DNA of 64,000 nt from Bacteriovoracaceae bacterium (lineage in GTDB: Bacteria > Bdellovibrionota > Bacteriovoracia > Bacteriovoracales > Bacteriovoracaceae), in assembly GCA_046328975.1 (NCBI GenBank), contig JAXLVO010000011.1, forward strand, positions 6,310 through 70,309, given 5' to 3'. The stretch's first letter is position 1. Every line of letters begins with the position of its first letter. The translations under genes were made by a program, and so were the position numbers. Of this stretch, positions 60,914-64,000 are shown piece after piece. Under the pieces are notes generated by a model, which saw only the letters and a program-made list of their open reading frames with translations, searched no databases and had not been told where the DNA came from.

Positions 60914-63231
60914 ATGATTAATATTCCGGTGGAACTCAAAGCTCAAGTCAACTTTTCAGTAACTATTTTAGGTCGTGCCATAAAAAATCTCTATGGTGAT
61001 ACTACATTCAACCTAATTGAATCAATTCGAAAAGAGCTTGTGGGAATGCATAATGTAGACACTGACAAACAGTTTAATATTCTCTTCAAAATTAATACTC
61101 AATTAAAAAAAGTAACCAAAAAAGAGTTGCCTACCATTGCTCACGCCTATCTAACCATGCTGGAATTAATTAACCGATGTGAAGCCGCTCATAGAATTTT
61201 TAAACTCAATAATGCACCCAAAAAGGCCAAAGAGTTAATAACTAAACTCGATCAAGAAATTATTTATGTATTAACCTCTCACCCAACTGAAGCAAAATCA
61301 CCTAAGTTTTTAGAGAGCTTTGAAAAAATTCAAAAAATTCTAGTTAAACTTTATGATGTAAGTGAAAATAAAAAAATTCTTGAATTAGAACTCTATCATC
61401 TACTCTATTTAGCACTCTCCATCCCTGCTGCCAAAAACAGGGCCCCAAAAGTAGAAGATGAGGCCAATATGATCTACTCATTTCTATTAAATCCCAAACT
61501 GCTAGATAAAATTTTGGCCTCTGATCTCCCTATTTTTTTTAGAACTTGGGTTGGTGGAGATAAAGACGGTCACCCAGGTGTAGATCATCGAACACTAAAA
61601 GAGAGTTTAACTCTTTCTAGAAACTACTTAATTCATTATGTAAATTTAAACTTAACTAAGCTGTTAACTGACTCAAAACTTTTAAATGCACCTAAAATTG
61701 TTGCTTGTAAGAAAAATTTCAAAGAGCTCCTCACCCAACTCAATCAATTAAAAAGAGTATTACCTCAAGATTATATAAAGGTTGAAAAATTCAAAAAATC
61801 ATTTCTTTCTAGCTCTAATCGTTGGCACCAAGAGTTTGGTGAAAAAAACTTTAATTTAGTCAACATAGAAAAACTCTTTCAACTCTACCCTCAACTGGTT
61901 GTTCCTATTGAAGTGCGAGAAGACTCTGAATTTGTAAAAGAGTCCTTAACTTCACGAAAAACATTTGCCATTGTAAAAATGCTCCAGTTTATAAAATCAA
62001 TTGCATCATTTAACACCTGTAAATCCTATGTTCGTGGCTTTATTTTAAGTATGGTGGAGACCGAAGAGGATCTCTTTAATGGGGCAAAACTAACTAAAAA
62101 AATTTTTGGTTCACTCTGGTTACCAGTTGTTCCACTGTTTGAAAATAGAAAGGCCCTTGAAAACTGTGAAAAGATTATTAAGACATATCTAACTAAAGAA
62201 ACGGTTCAACACCACCAAAAATATTGGAATAGTAATTTTGAAATTATGTTAGGCTACTCTGACTCTTCTAAAGAGTGCGGTGTTTTTCCAAGTCGAGTAC
62301 TCATTTATGAGGCCATGCGATCACTTGATCTCCTATTACGCGGTAAAAATCTTCACCCTGTTTTTTTTCATGGATCAGGTGGAAGTGTGACGGTGGAGGA
62401 ACCATTGATGAACGGACAGCATCATGGCCTCTCTTCGCTAAGAATTGTAAAAACAACAATTCAAGGAGAGATAAAGTTCGCTCTCGAAAATTTTAGTGAT
62501 GAAATCACAATTTTCTCAAAACAAAATTTGAACAGAAATATCAAAATCCTAATCGAGCAGAGAGCCTACATGAAGTTCCAGCTGTAATAAAACATTTTGC
62601 AAAAGAGATCTCCAAAGTGAAAAATTAGTCAAAGAAGACTACTTCTGGGAAATCGTCGAAAAGGCAACCCCTTACCAATTATTTAGGCCAACTCAAAATT
62701 GGTTCACGTCCCACTAAACGTAAATCAAAAAAGAATGCTAGAAAATTAAGAGCGATTCCTTGGATACTTTGTTGGACTCAAGTCAGAATATTATTTCCTG
62801 TCTGGTGGGGAACAGGTACCACTTGGCAAAACTTATCATTGTCAGATAAAAATGAATTAAAATCAATGTTAACGAGTAATACGTTACTTTCTTCTTTTGT
62901 TAAACAACTTGGATTTACATTAGCTAAAGTAGAACTCCCTATTTGGAAAATTTATTTAACTGAATTAGCAAACAATAATAACGATTTCACTAAAAATGCC
63001 TATGAGCTTTTTGCAGAAGAGTATCAAAAGGCCGTCACATTTTTTCATGAAATAACAGGTGAAAGTAACTTCTTATGGTTCAGACCTTGGCTAAAAGAGA
63101 GTATTGATTTAAGAGCACCCATGATTCATCCAATTAACCTAATCCAAATTCTTGCTATGAAAAAAGCTGACAATGAATTGCTACGACAATCAGTCACAGG
63201 TATCGCCTGTGGCATGATGACCACAGGTTAA
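60914..63231 (+). pseudogene. ppc: Phosphoenolpyruvate carboxylase, short divergent form (about 770 codons), at least 4 frame disruptions between about 62380 and 62700
   Basis: VLTSHPTEA, WVGGDKDGHP, MLGYSDSSKECG, FHGSGGSV, KTTIQGE, GSRPTKR..LRAIPWILCWTQVRILFPVWWG (own reading) and a C-terminal ..GMMTTG. Confidence 0.8.
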
Positions 63232-63401
63232 ACCTTTCATAGTCAACCTCCAAAAATGTTGGGCGCTCATCAATAATTTTAGTCGAATTAAAGATTAACC
63301 AAATTTCTTTAATTTTAAATAGTTAAAATCAACTTAGAGCATCTCCATAAATTCCATCTATACTTTTAGAAACTTACAAAACTCACACTGAGGTGATTTT
63401 T

Positions 63402-64000
63402 ATGAATACTCTAATCCTAATCCTAACTCTAATTATCTTAAGTATTAGCTGTGCTAAAGATACAAAAGTGAGTAGTAGTAAACTTAGACTGGCCTTAGGT
63501 AATTTAGCTTCAGGCTCACAACTATTAACTACCGCCAGTGGAAAAGTAGTTTCTCATTTAGTAATTAATATTAGTGGTCCTGGTATCAATAAAAGAATTT
63601 TCCAAAGTTGGGACTCTTGTGGAAACCACGACTGTTCAGTTAGAAACACACTGCCTGAAATTAGCTTTAATGTTCCAACTGGTAACGATCGTTTAATCCA
63701 AGTCTTTGCAGTATTTGCTAGTCCTAATGATCAAAGTGACATGGAATTCTACTATGGAGATACATTAAAAAGTTTTTCAAAAGCTAACGAAGAGATTGGT
63801 GTTACTATCCGTTCACTCTTTAGTTCTTATGCTAATGTACGATTTGGATCAATCGTTGGTCGTTATGTCTATGCAACGAACAGTGGGCCAACCGGAAAAA
63901 TCAACTTAGAATACCAACCTCCCGGCAATAAGCCTTCTATGTTAATTACTCAAGCTGAAATATTTAATGGTTGGTTTGAAGCTTTTGCCATTGATAATTT
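63402..64000 (+). CDS. Hypothetical lipoprotein, 3' end cut by window edge
   Basis: GAGGTGA SD plus the ATG at 63402. Lipobox in MNTLILILTLIILSISC. Open to the window end. Confidence 0.5.
   Translation, partial: MNTLILILTLIILSISCAKDTKVSSSKLRLALGNLASGSQLLTTASGKVVSHLVINISGPGINKRIFQSWDSCGNHDCSVRNTLPEISFNVPTGNDRLIQVFAVFASPNDQSDMEFYYGDTLKSFSKANEEIGVTIRSLFSSYANVRFGSIVGRYVYATNSGPTGKINLEYQPPGNKPSMLITQAEIFNGWFEAFAIDN

Noticed and set aside
4125-62850. Programmed ribosomal frameshifting as an explanation for the many frame changes
   Set aside because: There are far too many sites, in unrelated genes. There is no recurring slippery heptamer or downstream structure. The sites are simple mononucleotide runs of varying base and length.

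Overview
AT-rich (about one-third G+C by eye), densely coding chromosomal segment from a Gram-negative bacterium. It carries housekeeping genes plus many secreted or lipoprotein hydrolases.

Content in order:
- Partial phnD-like binding protein, M28-PDZ peptidase, and a translationally coupled rnc-era-der operon.
- Degenerate XerC/D-like recombinase, class-3B transaldolase/Fsa, and a metzincin lipoprotein.
- Two-gene type IIA topoisomerase whose A subunit lacks the C-terminal DNA-wrapping domain.
- Gly/His/Pro/Tyr low-complexity secreted protein, then argS.
- Rrf2-sufBCDS-sufU-nfu operon coupled to a sphingomyelin-synthase-like (PAP2_C) membrane protein.
- ftsB-like/yggT neighbourhood, pepD, PLC/AcpA-type phosphoesterase, and a NIT-domain MCP.
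- marR-yceI divergon with twin palindromic operators, a porin, and a chaA-like antiporter.
- Decayed SSS-family transporter behind a TPP-riboswitch-like leader, and a decayed NarL-type response regulator.
- Secreted CX5R phosphatase, DmpA/S58 peptidase, and orphan secreted proteins (39.6-46.5 kb).
- guaD-like gene, liv ABC operon, and an LptF/G-LtaS-GT-C envelope cluster.
- A lipoprotein adhesin of about 1350 codons (7 repeats of about 290 bp, FN3-like modules, LamG), an MBL hydrolase, and a short divergent ppc.

I saw no rRNA, tRNA, CRISPR array, transposase, prophage or recognisable anti-phage defence module.

The most pervasive signal is dozens of reading-frame lesions. Most are +/-1 changes at homopolymers, and three are in-frame TAA codons. 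They are concentrated in sharp blocks at 35.3-37.5, 41.7-43.3, 44.9-49.0, 52.7-58.5 and 62.4-62.9 kb. They hit genes expected to be essential (der, sufS, lptF/G, ppc). Sequence error seems more likely than real decay, but this cannot be decided without reads.

The best candidates for new biology are the CTD-less topoisomerase pair, the suf-coupled SMS-like enzyme, the His/Gly-Pro/Tyr protein and the orphan secreted proteins.

All family calls rest on motif recognition by eye; no alignment, HMM or covariance search was run. The taxonomic guess (a Bdellovibrionota/Bacteriovoracales-like predator) is weak inference.
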